From: an uncultured Verrucomicrobiae bacterium
GTDB lineage: Bacteria > Chlamydiota > Chlamydiia > Chlamydiales > Rhabdochlamydiaceae
Reading direction: 5' to 3'
DNA length: 64,000 nucleotides
NCBI GenBank assembly: GCA_963806855.1
Contig: CAWDYW010000003.1
Span: 320,001 to 384,000, forward strand
The number at the start of each line of letters is the position of its first letter. Positions within the stretch are counted from its first letter, which is position 1. Below, piece by piece: positions 9,161 to 18,571 of the stretch. Under the pieces are notes generated by a model that had not been told where the DNA came from, did no database searches, and was given only the letters and a program-made list of their open reading frames with translations. A program made the position numbers and the translations under genes.

Positions 9161-9740
9161 TAATACTAATTTCATTCAGAGAAATCTGATCCCGGAAGAG
9201 TCGCGCAATGTCCGTTACGTGATGCAAAAGGCGGCCTATTTTGGCAACAGCGACAATCTCTTGGTTGCCCATCTGGTCTCGGTCGCATTTGTAGTGATGG
9301 CGGTGGCGATGTCGGCCTTTAATGCGGTCTCCTATTTGCTCCAGGCTCCGATCAAGGTTCTCTTAAACATCGTCCAGTTTAACCCTCTTGGGGTCATCAC
9401 CGATCTTGTGCAGGATTTAGGGGATGTAGCCAAGAGCCTGCTCTTTGTTTCCCTTGGGGTAACCTTATTTGTCGTCGGGTTTTTGATCCCCGGACCGATT
9501 TTTAATCTCTTTTCTCCGGAATACTATGAACCTTTAGAGGTGCGGCTCGAGCTACAGCTCGAAGAGGCCAATCAGAAACTGGAGGAGTTCGAGGCTAAGT
9601 ACAACAAATTAAAAGAGTTGAACGAAGGTCGTCGAGCCATCCTGATACAGGACCAAGAAACACTTGAAGCCCTAAAACGGGAAATCGCCGCCTTAAAAAG
9701 ATGGAAATTTAACCCTTTGAACTGGTTTAGACGGAGTTAA
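9135..9740 (+). CDS. Hypothetical membrane protein with C-terminal coiled coil (Inc-like architecture)
   Basis: Two hydrophobic segments followed by heptad-rich LELQLEEANQKLEEFEAKYNKLKEL. Confidence 0.6.
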   Translation: MSAVAAKSNNTNFIQRNLIPEESRNVRYVMQKAAYFGNSDNLLVAHLVSVAFVVMAVAMSAFNAVSYLLQAPIKVLLNIVQFNPLGVITDLVQDLGDVAKSLLFVSLGVTLFVVGFLIPGPIFNLFSPEYYEPLEVRLELQLEEANQKLEEFEAKYNKLKELNEGRRAILIQDQETLEALKREIAALKRWKFNPLNWFRRS

Positions 9741-9916
9741 TCTTCGCTCTGGTCTTGCTCGAGGAGTTCTAATGCGGCCTCTTTTAAGGTGATTAGCCCA
9801 TCTTCAAAACCAATTTCCTTCAGTAGCTCGTCTAGATACCGTAGCTCAGCCGCTAACTGGTCGTTGATTGACTCGAGTTCCGAAATGCGCCGTTTCAATT
9901 CTTCCTCTTTTCCCAT
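9737..9916 (-). CDS. Small acidic coiled-coil hypothetical protein, 59 aa (below the ORF-track cutoff)
   Basis: Translated by hand: MGKEEELKRRISELESINDQLAAELRYLDELLKEIGFEDGLITLKEAALELLEQDQSED*. Confidence 0.7.
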   Translation of the reverse strand: MGKEEELKRRISELESINDQLAAELRYLDELLKEIGFEDGLITLKEAALELLEQDQSED

Positions 9917-10019
9917 TGTACTCGTTCCTAAGACCTCTTTCCCTCCTTATAAGCAAATATCCCAGATTGTCCAGAGAGAAAAGATGGCAAAAATCCTCAA
10001 ATCTCTTAAACTAAAGGGT

Positions 10020-10229
10020 ATGAAGCAGGTAAAAATATTTTTAATTTTCGCCATTTTTGCAGCTGGCTGCCACGGGCATGAAGATGATGCAGATTTAGAT
10101 GCGGGTCTGGAGGCGGTCGATGAGTTCGACACCTCCCATTTAGCAGGAGACCCAGCCCCTTCTCCCTATGAGTTCCTCATTAAAGAAACTGCATCGGTTG
10201 AAGGGGAATGTCCAATTAATTTGAATTAG
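10020..10229 (+). CDS. Small putative lipoprotein
   Basis: MKQVKIFLIFAIFAAG-C lipobox followed by an acidic tail. Confidence 0.55.
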   Translation: MKQVKIFLIFAIFAAGCHGHEDDADLDAGLEAVDEFDTSHLAGDPAPSPYEFLIKETASVEGECPINLN

Positions 10230-11238
10230 AACTACTCTCGCCAGGTGTTGCAGAGGCTTGAGTGATCATTTGATCCATTTGGAAGAGCTCATCAAACCGT
10301 TTGGGTGAGACGCCCTGGCCATTGTAATACCACTCGGTCTTCGCAATAGCATCCCCAACGAAGAATTTGGTTGGGCCATGTCGTTTGTCGTGAACCCAGT
10401 GGATTTCCTGTTCGACCAATTCTCCATCAATGAAGTGGGTCTCGACGCCATGTCTTGCGCCATTAACAAAATAGACTTCGATCTGTTTTTTCCCATTGGT
10501 GAAATAGGTCGCTTTTCCATGGAGTTGATCGTCTACCCATTCTTCAACAGCAAGAGGATCGCCATTTTCGGTGAAGGCTCTGCGCTCGCCATGTTTGGCG
10601 TTCATGTTGAAATGTGTGATGCGGTGGGGAGCTCCAGTTGCATAGAACTCATCCTTCTGAGTGACGTATCCTTTATCGATTTGATCTTTCGCAAGAAGGA
10701 GGCCATTGACATCGCGCAGGGTGCGGGTTCCAATTCCTCTTTCGACACGCGATTCGATCTCGTTATTTAAAGAGAAATATTGCCCATCGAGGAGCTCTTC
10801 GCCAGCGTAGTCTTCGATGCTCTTTGGTGTCCCGTCGCCAAACCAGGTTGTGAGGCAGTGGCGCTGGGGAGAGAGCTGCACTTTTTCTTGAATTGGCATG
10901 CCGAGGCTATCATAAACCATCTCTTTCTTGAGTTCGCCATTGTTGTAGAGGTAATAATATTGGACAGTTTGGCTATGGGGATGGGTATGAGTTGTCTGAC
11001 CATGGAGCTTTCCATCTTCATAAGTTGCGGTGATGGTGACGCCATTGCGCAATGTGGTGATCACCTGCCCAGGGTAATTATTTGCAGCCCATTCAGAATC
11101 GGACACTGCATAACCATATTTATGGATATAACGTTTGGAAATAACTTGGCTACCGCCGTTATCACTGCCACAGCCTGCAAGAACTAGACCAACTGCTACA
11201 GGGAGAGAAAACAAAAACTTTTTCATATCTAACCTCAA
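10216..11238 (-). CDS. MORN-variant repeat lipoprotein (YwqK-like repeats)
   Basis: Lipobox VLAG-C; repeated YEDGKLHG / WVDDQLHG / FVNGARHG units. Confidence 0.8.
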   Translation of the reverse strand: MRLDMKKFLFSLPVAVGLVLAGCGSDNGGSQVISKRYIHKYGYAVSDSEWAANNYPGQVITTLRNGVTITATYEDGKLHGQTTHTHPHSQTVQYYYLYNNGELKKEMVYDSLGMPIQEKVQLSPQRHCLTTWFGDGTPKSIEDYAGEELLDGQYFSLNNEIESRVERGIGTRTLRDVNGLLLAKDQIDKGYVTQKDEFYATGAPHRITHFNMNAKHGERRAFTENGDPLAVEEWVDDQLHGKATYFTNGKKQIEVYFVNGARHGVETHFIDGELVEQEIHWVHDKRHGPTKFFVGDAIAKTEWYYNGQGVSPKRFDELFQMDQMITQASATPGESSSNSN

Positions 11239-11259
11239 TAAATCAACTAAAACTCAAGA

Positions 11260-13290
11260 CTACACGATTGCCAACTTTTCCGCTATATATTGTAGCAAAC
11301 GTTGATGTTCATCTTCTACGACTTGGTACTCGATCGTCTTATTTGGATCGCGGTACCGGATACGGAACGTCGCATTCTTTCTATCTTTCCCAATTTTATC
11401 ACTTTTGTAAAGATCTAAAAGAAAGACATTCTCCAAAAGGGTGGAGGGGAATGCCCTCATTTCGTCTAGCACCCTGCCAATCGCCATTTTTTCATCGAGA
11501 GTGACAGTCCAATCGCGCTCGGAACCGGGGAATGGGGAGATCTTGGAAGCTCGATGCTCAGCCTTTTTCAGCTTCAGCAGATCGTGCAAATTCAATTCGG
11601 CGTAATAGACCCTTTGGTCGATGCCAAGAGCTTGCAAATGCTCCGGATGCACTTCGCCAAGGGCCCCGACCGTTACATCGCCTACTTTGACCCTTGCTTG
11701 TCTTCCTGGATGGAAATTTTGCAAGTGAGATTGCTCAAAGAGCCCGTTTTCGATGCCAATTGAGAAAAGTAGATTTTCGACATACCCCTTAACATCGAAG
11801 AAATCGACTGGAGCCGGCTTCTTCTCAAAATGGTAGGGCTCGCAGTGGCCAGTCAAAATAATCGCTGCTGCTGGCTCGTCATAGTAAGTATCGTTATCTT
11901 TGAAGTGGATGTGCCCCACCTCGAAAGCGGCGATATTGAGATTCTGTCGATCCAAGTTGAACTTGACCACTTCCAAAAGGCCTGGCAGCAAAGAGGTGCG
12001 CAAAATGGATTGATCGACCGAAGCAGGATGCAAAACGTGGATTTGCATTGCGCTCCCAAGCGCTTTTTCCACCGAGAGTTCTGCAAGCTTTGGGCTGATC
12101 AAATCGCAAGTCAAGCACTCTTGCAAGCCTTGAGCGACCAATTTATTTCGGATTTCCTCTTCGAATATAAAAACAGGCGCATGCGTCAGTGTAGAAGAGG
12201 CATGGCGCGGAATGGGACGGGCGATATTGTTGAAGCCATACATCCTACCTACTTCTTCGACCAAATCGATTTCGGCTTTGAGATCGTTGCGGTAGGAGGG
12301 GATCTGGACCTTGAGGGTATGCCCTGTCTCGGCCAAAACTTGGATTTCGAGACGCCCTAGTAGCATCGCAATCTCCCGGAGGCTGAGATTAGTGCCAAGC
12401 AGCTGATTGGCCCGATCTGTGTTAAGGGTGAGAATCGTCGGGACATATTTTTCAGCGACAAATTCGACCATTCCGCGACAGATTTCTCCACCTAAAAGAT
12501 GAGCAGCGAGATCGAGGGCTCCGTTAACAAAGAGGGGATCGATTCCCCGTTCAAAGCGGAGCGAGCTATCAGTTCTGAGACCTAGGTTTTTACACGATTT
12601 GCGGACCGATTGAGGTGTGAATTGCGCCGCCTCGATCAGCACATTTTTCGTCTTCTCGGTGATCGCAGAGCTCAATCCTCCCATGACCCCGGCGAAGGCG
12701 AGCGGCTTATGCTTATCGCAGATTAAAAGGGCATCTTCAGGGATCTCCCTCACCAGTTCATCGAGAGTTTGCAGGGTCCCTTTTCCAGTTCTCACCACGA
12801 TCGTTTTGCCTTCAACATGATCATAATCGAACATATGGAGCGGCTGTCCGCACTCGAACATCACAAAATTTCCAATGTCGACCACATTGTTGATGCTGCG
12901 GATGCCGCTGCTCTCAAGCCTCTTTTTCAACCACTCTGGAGATGGACCAACCTGTACATTTTTCACCAAGCGGCAGCTGTAACGGAGACATTTGCCCGGA
13001 TCTTCAACTTTCAAAGTGACATCGATCTTCTCTTCACTTTCTTGAAAGGAGATTTCTTGACGTTTGAGGGGAATCTGCAAAATTGCCGAAAGCTCCCTAG
13101 CGATCCCGATCACACTCATGCAGTGACCCAAATTGGGAGTGAGGCCGATTTCGAAGATCAGATCGTCTTCTTTTTCTTCGATCCCTTCAGCTTCTAAGCC
13201 GGCGAGAGTGAGCGCTTCGGCGATTTCTTCAGGGGAGATCTTGAGATCTAAAAATTCTTTTAACCAGGAAAGTGACAGTTTCATATTCAA
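11260..13290 (-). CDS. pheT: Phenylalanyl-tRNA synthetase beta subunit (short form)
   Basis: MKLSLSWLKEF, INNVVD, GQPLHMFD, RFERGIDP, DLVEEVGRMYG and a C-terminal FDX-ACB domain. Confidence 0.96.
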   Translation of the reverse strand: MNMKLSLSWLKEFLDLKISPEEIAEALTLAGLEAEGIEEKEDDLIFEIGLTPNLGHCMSVIGIARELSAILQIPLKRQEISFQESEEKIDVTLKVEDPGKCLRYSCRLVKNVQVGPSPEWLKKRLESSGIRSINNVVDIGNFVMFECGQPLHMFDYDHVEGKTIVVRTGKGTLQTLDELVREIPEDALLICDKHKPLAFAGVMGGLSSAITEKTKNVLIEAAQFTPQSVRKSCKNLGLRTDSSLRFERGIDPLFVNGALDLAAHLLGGEICRGMVEFVAEKYVPTILTLNTDRANQLLGTNLSLREIAMLLGRLEIQVLAETGHTLKVQIPSYRNDLKAEIDLVEEVGRMYGFNNIARPIPRHASSTLTHAPVFIFEEEIRNKLVAQGLQECLTCDLISPKLAELSVEKALGSAMQIHVLHPASVDQSILRTSLLPGLLEVVKFNLDRQNLNIAAFEVGHIHFKDNDTYYDEPAAAIILTGHCEPYHFEKKPAPVDFFDVKGYVENLLFSIGIENGLFEQSHLQNFHPGRQARVKVGDVTVGALGEVHPEHLQALGIDQRVYYAELNLHDLLKLKKAEHRASKISPFPGSERDWTVTLDEKMAIGRVLDEMRAFPSTLLENVFLLDLYKSDKIGKDRKNATFRIRYRDPNKTIEYQVVEDEHQRLLQYIAEKLAIV

Positions 13291-13346
13291 AAATTCTTAT
13301 TTGAGATATATCCTTATAGCATACAAGACCAACAGAAGTAAAGAAA

Positions 13347-14573
13347 ATGGCAGAAAGAACTTATCAAGATCCTTGGGTAAAGAAAGCAAAATCGCTTACA
13401 CAGGCCCTCATCATCAGCGCGACCCTCAACGTAGGGCTCCTCTCGACCTTCATCTATTTCGCCGTTCGGCAGGACCCCTCGACTAAACTAAAATCGCGCG
13501 ACAAAGGGGCGTCGCCCGCAGAGAATCTCGACCTGCAGGCGTTGATTGCCAGCTATAGCGCCCGATCGCTCCAAGATTTACTTGCCCAAATGGTCAATTG
13601 CGACCACGTTGAGTCGGGCCTCACCAAGCGGGACATCGCCCTCTCGTGCCTGGTTGCCTTCCGCCATTTCAATCTCGATCGGGCCCTAGGCGGCATCAAC
13701 CTGCAAAAACGAGAAATCACCTTCACCCAAAACGACAAGCAAATTCCACTCGCTGTTTTCCCCGGCCTTGCCGATTACCAATTTGAGGCGATCGTTCAAT
13801 ATGCCAAGACCGAAAGGTGGCCTCTGACCCCCCAAGGCCTCTTCCTCGAGATCCAATCGACCAAGCCTCCCTATGACTCCAGCCTCCTCGAAGCCTTTTA
13901 CCTCAGCCCCGAATTCCATTTCCTAAGCCTTCTCTTTTCCAAAACCGGAATCGGCCTAAAAAATGAACACATCGTCGCCCTTCTGGCAAGCGGCGACTGG
14001 GCTACCACCAGCGCGACCGCCACTTTCCTCCGACAAACCCCCGAATTCAGCCTCGAGGTCCGCCGCAAATTTCTCCTTGAGCTAGTCGAGCAAAAATCGC
14101 GTCTTGCCGCCAAAATCCTTATCGACGGCGATCAAGAATACTGCGTCAAAGCCCTCGACAACGAGCAAGTGCTTGCCCTCTGCGATCTGCTCGGCGAAAA
14201 AACAACCCCCGCCTTCCTCAAAGAGCTGCTCCTCAGCCCGCGAAACGACGAAATCTGGCAAAAAGCAGCCGCCATCCTCTACGATCAAGCCGCAGAAGAG
14301 AGGCCCGAAGCTTTGAATTTAGAGCTAGCTAAAAAACGCTTTATCGAATTGAAGGCCATCGCCCCAAAAACAGTCATCGCCCCTCCTGTTATCCCAGTTG
14401 CCCAGACAATCGCCCCTAAAAAGGCGACCACAGCTAAAACCTACACCGTCGCAGCTGGCGATAGCCTATGGAAAATCGCCAATAAGCACCACACAACCGT
14501 GCAGGCGATTAAAGAAAAAAATCGGATGTCAACTGATAAACTGAAGGTTGGTCAGACTTTGCTCGTGCCTTAG
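13347..14573 (+). CDS. Membrane-anchored LysM domain protein
   Basis: N-terminal transmembrane helix; C-terminal YTVAAGDSLWKIA...LKVGQTLLVP. Confidence 0.88.
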   Translation: MAERTYQDPWVKKAKSLTQALIISATLNVGLLSTFIYFAVRQDPSTKLKSRDKGASPAENLDLQALIASYSARSLQDLLAQMVNCDHVESGLTKRDIALSCLVAFRHFNLDRALGGINLQKREITFTQNDKQIPLAVFPGLADYQFEAIVQYAKTERWPLTPQGLFLEIQSTKPPYDSSLLEAFYLSPEFHFLSLLFSKTGIGLKNEHIVALLASGDWATTSATATFLRQTPEFSLEVRRKFLLELVEQKSRLAAKILIDGDQEYCVKALDNEQVLALCDLLGEKTTPAFLKELLLSPRNDEIWQKAAAILYDQAAEERPEALNLELAKKRFIELKAIAPKTVIAPPVIPVAQTIAPKKATTAKTYTVAAGDSLWKIANKHHTTVQAIKEKNRMSTDKLKVGQTLLVP

Positions 14574-14575
14574 GT

Positions 14576-14788
14576 TTAAGGAACGTCGTCATAGCCGCCC
14601 CGATGCCATGGACCGCACTTGGCAATCCGCTTGATCCCCAGCCACATTCCGCGCCACACTCCATGTTTTTGAATGGCTTCAGCGCAATAATGAGAGCAGC
14701 TTGGATAAAAGCGGCAACTCTTGCCCAGCATTGGGCTAATTGTCCATTGATAAAGGCGGATTAGAGCAATAAAAAGAGACTTAATCAA
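14576..14788 (-). CDS. yidD: Membrane protein insertion efficiency factor YidD
   Basis: [25 protein letters not shown] and GGYDDVP. Confidence 0.95.
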   Translation of the reverse strand: MIKSLFIALIRLYQWTISPMLGKSCRFYPSCSHYCAEAIQKHGVWRGMWLGIKRIAKCGPWHRGGYDDVP

Positions 14789-15218
14789 GATCCATCGATA
14801 AATGGAGACCGTTAATGGTCATCCCCAGGTTTAAATAGAGACGGTGGGCATCATTGCGTTCGATTCCAGTATCCAAATGGATCCCATCGCATTGGAAACG
14901 TTTCGCTTCTCCCATCAGCCATTTCAGCAAATGAGTGCCGAAGCCAATTCCCCTGGCCTCAGGAAGGGTGATTAGATCATCAAGATAAAGAGTTTTTCCC
15001 CAAGCCAAGAAATGGGCGACGCGGTACCCTGCAACCGATTTGACTCCACCCTCATCTTCGATGAAGATCATGGTGTACCCTTCCTCGATTTGGCATCGGA
15101 CCTTCTCGACAAAAGTCTCACGATCCAAGTGTGGCCGCAAAAGCTTCAAGAGATCAAAACATTTAAGAATTTGCTCATCAGATTGAGCTTGCTTTATTTC
15201 ATAAACAGTTGCGGTCAT
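14781..15218 (-). CDS. GNAT N-acetyltransferase
   Basis: [14 protein letters not shown] and HLDTG...AHRLY. Confidence 0.88.
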   Translation of the reverse strand: MTATVYEIKQAQSDEQILKCFDLLKLLRPHLDRETFVEKVRCQIEEGYTMIFIEDEGGVKSVAGYRVAHFLAWGKTLYLDDLITLPEARGIGFGTHLLKWLMGEAKRFQCDGIHLDTGIERNDAHRLYLNLGMTINGLHLSMDLD

Positions 15219-15817
15219 TAAAATTCCTCAAGTTGCTTACTAGAATGTAAGGTGTTCTGTCCATTCTTGACTAGTAATTTGTCCATAAGTGCATTCAAGA
15301 GTTCAGGAAAAGTCGTTTTTTTATAATCCCCGCCAAAATGGCCTTGATTGGGAAGTTCATGATATTCAGACTTCAGCATTTCATATACAAAGCGAGGTTC
15401 TTCAATTGGGATCCAAGGATCAGTATCAGACGCAAATTGAATAATCCATTTTTGATTTCTCACAATCGATTCCCAATTCCAAGGTCGGTCAAAATAACCG
15501 CTCAATTTTTCTTTTGGAAAGCCCAAATCAGTGTGATACGCCGTAACCAGCACAGAGCCAAGCAGCCGGCTGTTCTCCGCAAGCCGCATAGCAGCCAAGG
15601 CTCCGGATGAGTGTCCAACCAGAATCGTTTCCTCATCGGCCTTAAGCTCATTTTTTAAGAATGGGACCCAATAGCATTCCCTGGCCAAATCATTATCAGG
15701 GAATTCAGAAGCGACGACATTCACCCCCAATTTCTCCAATTCCACTTTCAAATAGGGGAACCAATTATCTTTTGGGCTTCCGCCGCCGTTGCCGGGAATA
15801 AATATGACTTTCATCAA
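15218..15817 (-). CDS. RBBP9/YdeN-family alpha/beta hydrolase
   Basis: IPGNGG, NWFPYL, VGHSSGA, SDTDPWIP and GHF. Confidence 0.88.
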   Translation of the reverse strand: MMKVIFIPGNGGGSPKDNWFPYLKVELEKLGVNVVASEFPDNDLARECYWVPFLKNELKADEETILVGHSSGALAAMRLAENSRLLGSVLVTAYHTDLGFPKEKLSGYFDRPWNWESIVRNQKWIIQFASDTDPWIPIEEPRFVYEMLKSEYHELPNQGHFGGDYKKTTFPELLNALMDKLLVKNGQNTLHSSKQLEEF

Positions 15818-15871
15818 TCACTCCAAATTTTGAGCCAATTCCATCTTAACTAGGCCTAAGGATGAAGTGAA

Positions 15872-17173
15872 TTATGAGCCTTGACTACCCTTGCGCTGGG
15901 GAAAACGTCCTGCGCGCTTGCCTTGAGCGTGGGGGTGTTTGTTACGGGACTGATTGCCGCCACCGCGCCAAGCAGGATTTTTATTCCCAGCCCTAGGCGT
16001 GTTCCGCCCATTTGGAATGGGTTCGGCTTTGATCTCTGGATTTGGCTCATAGCTTGGAATGATCACTTTTGGGATCTCACGTTTTATAAGACGCTCAATA
16101 TCCTTTAGCAATTTGTGTTCATCGATGCATACAAGAGAGACTGCGCCCCCTTCTTTACCAGCACGCCCAGTTCGTCCAATGCGGTGGACGTAGTCTTCTG
16201 GGACATTGGGCAACTCGAAATTGACGACATGGGGCAATTCATCGATATCTAGGCCACGCGCAGCGATATCAGTGGCAACTAAAACGCGAACTTTCCCCAG
16301 TTTGAAATCTGCCAAAGCTTTAGTACGGGCACCTTGGCTCTTATTGCCATGAATAGCTGCAGCATTGATTCCATCGAGTTCCAATTGCTGAGCAAGTCGA
16401 TTAGCGCCATGTTTAGTCCGGGTAAATACCAGCACTTGCTTCCAATTCTCAGAAGAAATGAGGAAGGAGAGAAGGGCTCTTTTTCGTTTGTTGTCGACCG
16501 GATAGATCACTTGGGAAACGAGATCAGCAGTAGAGTTATTGCTGGCGACCTCTACCATTTTAGGCGATTTTAGAAAGCCATCTGCAAGTCGTTTAATTTC
16601 GTCTGAAAAAGTAGCTGAAAATAGAAGGTTCTGCCGATTTTTTGGAAGTAGAGCTAGAATCTTACGGATATCGTGGATAAAGCCCATATCGAGCATCCGA
16701 TCAGCCTCATCCAAGACGAGAATTTCAATTTTGGAGAGATTGATTGTTCCTTGACCTATGTGATCCAATATGCGGCCTGGTGTCGCGACAACGATATCGA
16801 CCCCAGCGCGCAAGGCCCTGATCTGCGGATCGATATTGACGCCACCAAAAATGACAGCCGACTTGAGTTGAAGATATTTGCCATAGAGCCTGACACTTTC
16901 CTCTACTTGAGCAGCAAGCTCGCGCGTTGGCGTCAAGATGAGCGCTCGCACGGGACGCTGCGCTGCCTCTTTGGGCTTTCCGCTAAGAATCTGCAACAAG
17001 GGGAGGGTAAATCCAGCCGTTTTGCCTGTACCGGTCTGTGCTCTGGCCATGATATCGCCCCCTTCGAGAATAAGCGGGATGGCTAGCTGCTGTATTGGGG
17101 TGGGCACATCATAATTTTGTTCAACAACGGCTTTAAGAAGCTCAGGCAATAACCCAAGAGTTTTGAATGGCAT
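15872..17173 (-). CDS. rhlE: DEAD-box RNA helicase, RhlE type
   Basis: [21 protein letters not shown] and [10 protein letters not shown] motifs. Confidence 0.92.
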   Translation of the reverse strand: MPFKTLGLLPELLKAVVEQNYDVPTPIQQLAIPLILEGGDIMARAQTGTGKTAGFTLPLLQILSGKPKEAAQRPVRALILTPTRELAAQVEESVRLYGKYLQLKSAVIFGGVNIDPQIRALRAGVDIVVATPGRILDHIGQGTINLSKIEILVLDEADRMLDMGFIHDIRKILALLPKNRQNLLFSATFSDEIKRLADGFLKSPKMVEVASNNSTADLVSQVIYPVDNKRKRALLSFLISSENWKQVLVFTRTKHGANRLAQQLELDGINAAAIHGNKSQGARTKALADFKLGKVRVLVATDIAARGLDIDELPHVVNFELPNVPEDYVHRIGRTGRAGKEGGAVSLVCIDEHKLLKDIERLIKREIPKVIIPSYEPNPEIKAEPIPNGRNTPRAGNKNPAWRGGGNQSRNKHPHAQGKRAGRFPQRKGSQGS

Positions 17174-17453
17174 AATTTTCCTTTTTTATTGGTAAGAGTT
17201 TGTGTCGAGGTTGTCCCGAAATGAACTCAATCTTAAATTTTTTTTATAAATCTACCTATTATTATAGCGCTTACCGCCCTAATAATAAAGGACTTTATTT
17301 AGGAAGCTCCTCGGAACAGAACGGATTTGCAGCCCTGCTTTGTTCAGACTAATGTAACGCCCTAAAAATCAATATGATGAAAGGGAATGAGCTATAGAGA
17401 ACTGGCTTAATCGGAATATGATTGATGGCTAGAGTAATGGTGATGCCAATTGC

Positions 17454-17990
17454 CTATTTAGTGGACTCCTTAACGATTTTTAAAGCTTCATTGTAGGGTT
17501 CTTCTTGGAGTAATATTATTTTTGCATCTTGTTCATTCCTGATACAATAACAAATTTTATTGTCGACTTGAAAAACATAAGTTATACTCCCATCTGTATA
17601 TGGAGTTGCATCCGATTTACGAAAAGAAACTTCGACTTCTGCTCTATCGGCTTTAAATGGATATTCCTTTAGAAATGGCCGAATCTTTTCATGTGAATTT
17701 ATCTTATCTAAAAATTTTTCAGTCAGTGCGACTTCAAGCTTCCTAGCTTCATCAATTGTACTTGGTTGATAAGCGATAAAGCCAGTCGAGATTTCTTCAA
17801 CGCTATAGGGGATTTTCCCGCCGCTGCCATTGCAAATTAAACCAAATTCTTCTTGCATCTCAGTAGCAAATGAATTAACAATCTCATTTACATAAATTTC
17901 ATAATCGGGCGTTGGATCTGTTTTATTATTCCTATAGCAGCCAAACAAAAAGAAGGTGAAAATAAATAGTGTTTTAATAGTTTTGTTCAT
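17454..17990 (-). CDS. Putative lipoprotein; candidate RHS immunity protein (paralog 2)
   Basis: Lipobox FLFG-C after MNKTIK (start placed at 17990); clear paralog of 18038-18571 (DYEIYVN, GSGGK, IDEARKLE, KIRPFL). Confidence 0.7.
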   Translation of the reverse strand: MNKTIKTLFIFTFFLFGCYRNNKTDPTPDYEIYVNEIVNSFATEMQEEFGLICNGSGGKIPYSVEEISTGFIAYQPSTIDEARKLEVALTEKFLDKINSHEKIRPFLKEYPFKADRAEVEVSFRKSDATPYTDGSITYVFQVDNKICYCIRNEQDAKIILLQEEPYNEALKIVKESTK

Positions 17991-18037
17991 GGAGCCCAAG
18001 AATATAGTTTGGATGAATGTAGAACGGCACTGGCATC

Positions 18038-18571
18038 TCAATTGGAAGAGTTACTGACGATTTTTAAGGCTTCATCATAGGGTTCTTTATGGAGAGGAAT
18101 TAATTGAGAAGAATGTTCATCAAATGATCGGTAAAAAATTGTATCTTTAACTTGAAATACAAATGCCACACTTCCATCCGAATATCTTCGTTTATCTGGT
18201 TGGTGAAAAGAGATTGAGACCTGGGCTCGACTAACTGTAAAAGGATATTCTCTCAAGAATGGACGAATCTTCTCATTGGAATTGATTGCGTTCAAAAATT
18301 TTTCAGTAACTGTTATTTCTAGTTTTCGAGCTTCATCTATTGTTGCTCGATGATATGACATAAAATCTATGCCAATTTCTTCAACATCATAGGGCATTTT
18401 GCCACCACTGCCAATACAGACTAAGCCGAATTCATTATTAATATCCTTGGCAAAGGACTTTATGATTTGATTTACATAAATTTCGTAATCTTCGGTTTTG
18501 CTTTGTTTTTCTTTCATGTTGCATCCGAGCAAAATTAATACAATAAAGATTGAGCTAATTGCTTTTCCCAT
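18038..18571 (-). CDS. Putative lipoprotein; candidate cognate RHS immunity protein
   Basis: Lipobox ILLG-C; start overlaps the RHS gene end; AT-rich. Confidence 0.7.
   Translation of the reverse strand: MGKAISSIFIVLILLGCNMKEKQSKTEDYEIYVNQIIKSFAKDINNEFGLVCIGSGGKMPYDVEEIGIDFMSYHRATIDEARKLEITVTEKFLNAINSNEKIRPFLREYPFTVSRAQVSISFHQPDKRRYSDGSVAFVFQVKDTIFYRSFDEHSSQLIPLHKEPYDEALKIVSNSSN

Noticed and set aside
10216..11238. YwqK antitoxin of a toxin-antitoxin pair
   Set aside because: It is a MORN-variant lipoprotein with no adjacent toxin gene
17987..18040. Possible remnant of an orphan toxin tip (DASAVLHSSKLYSWAP*) overlapping the second immunity start
   Set aside because: Only 16 codons with no similarity to the main tip; could be chance
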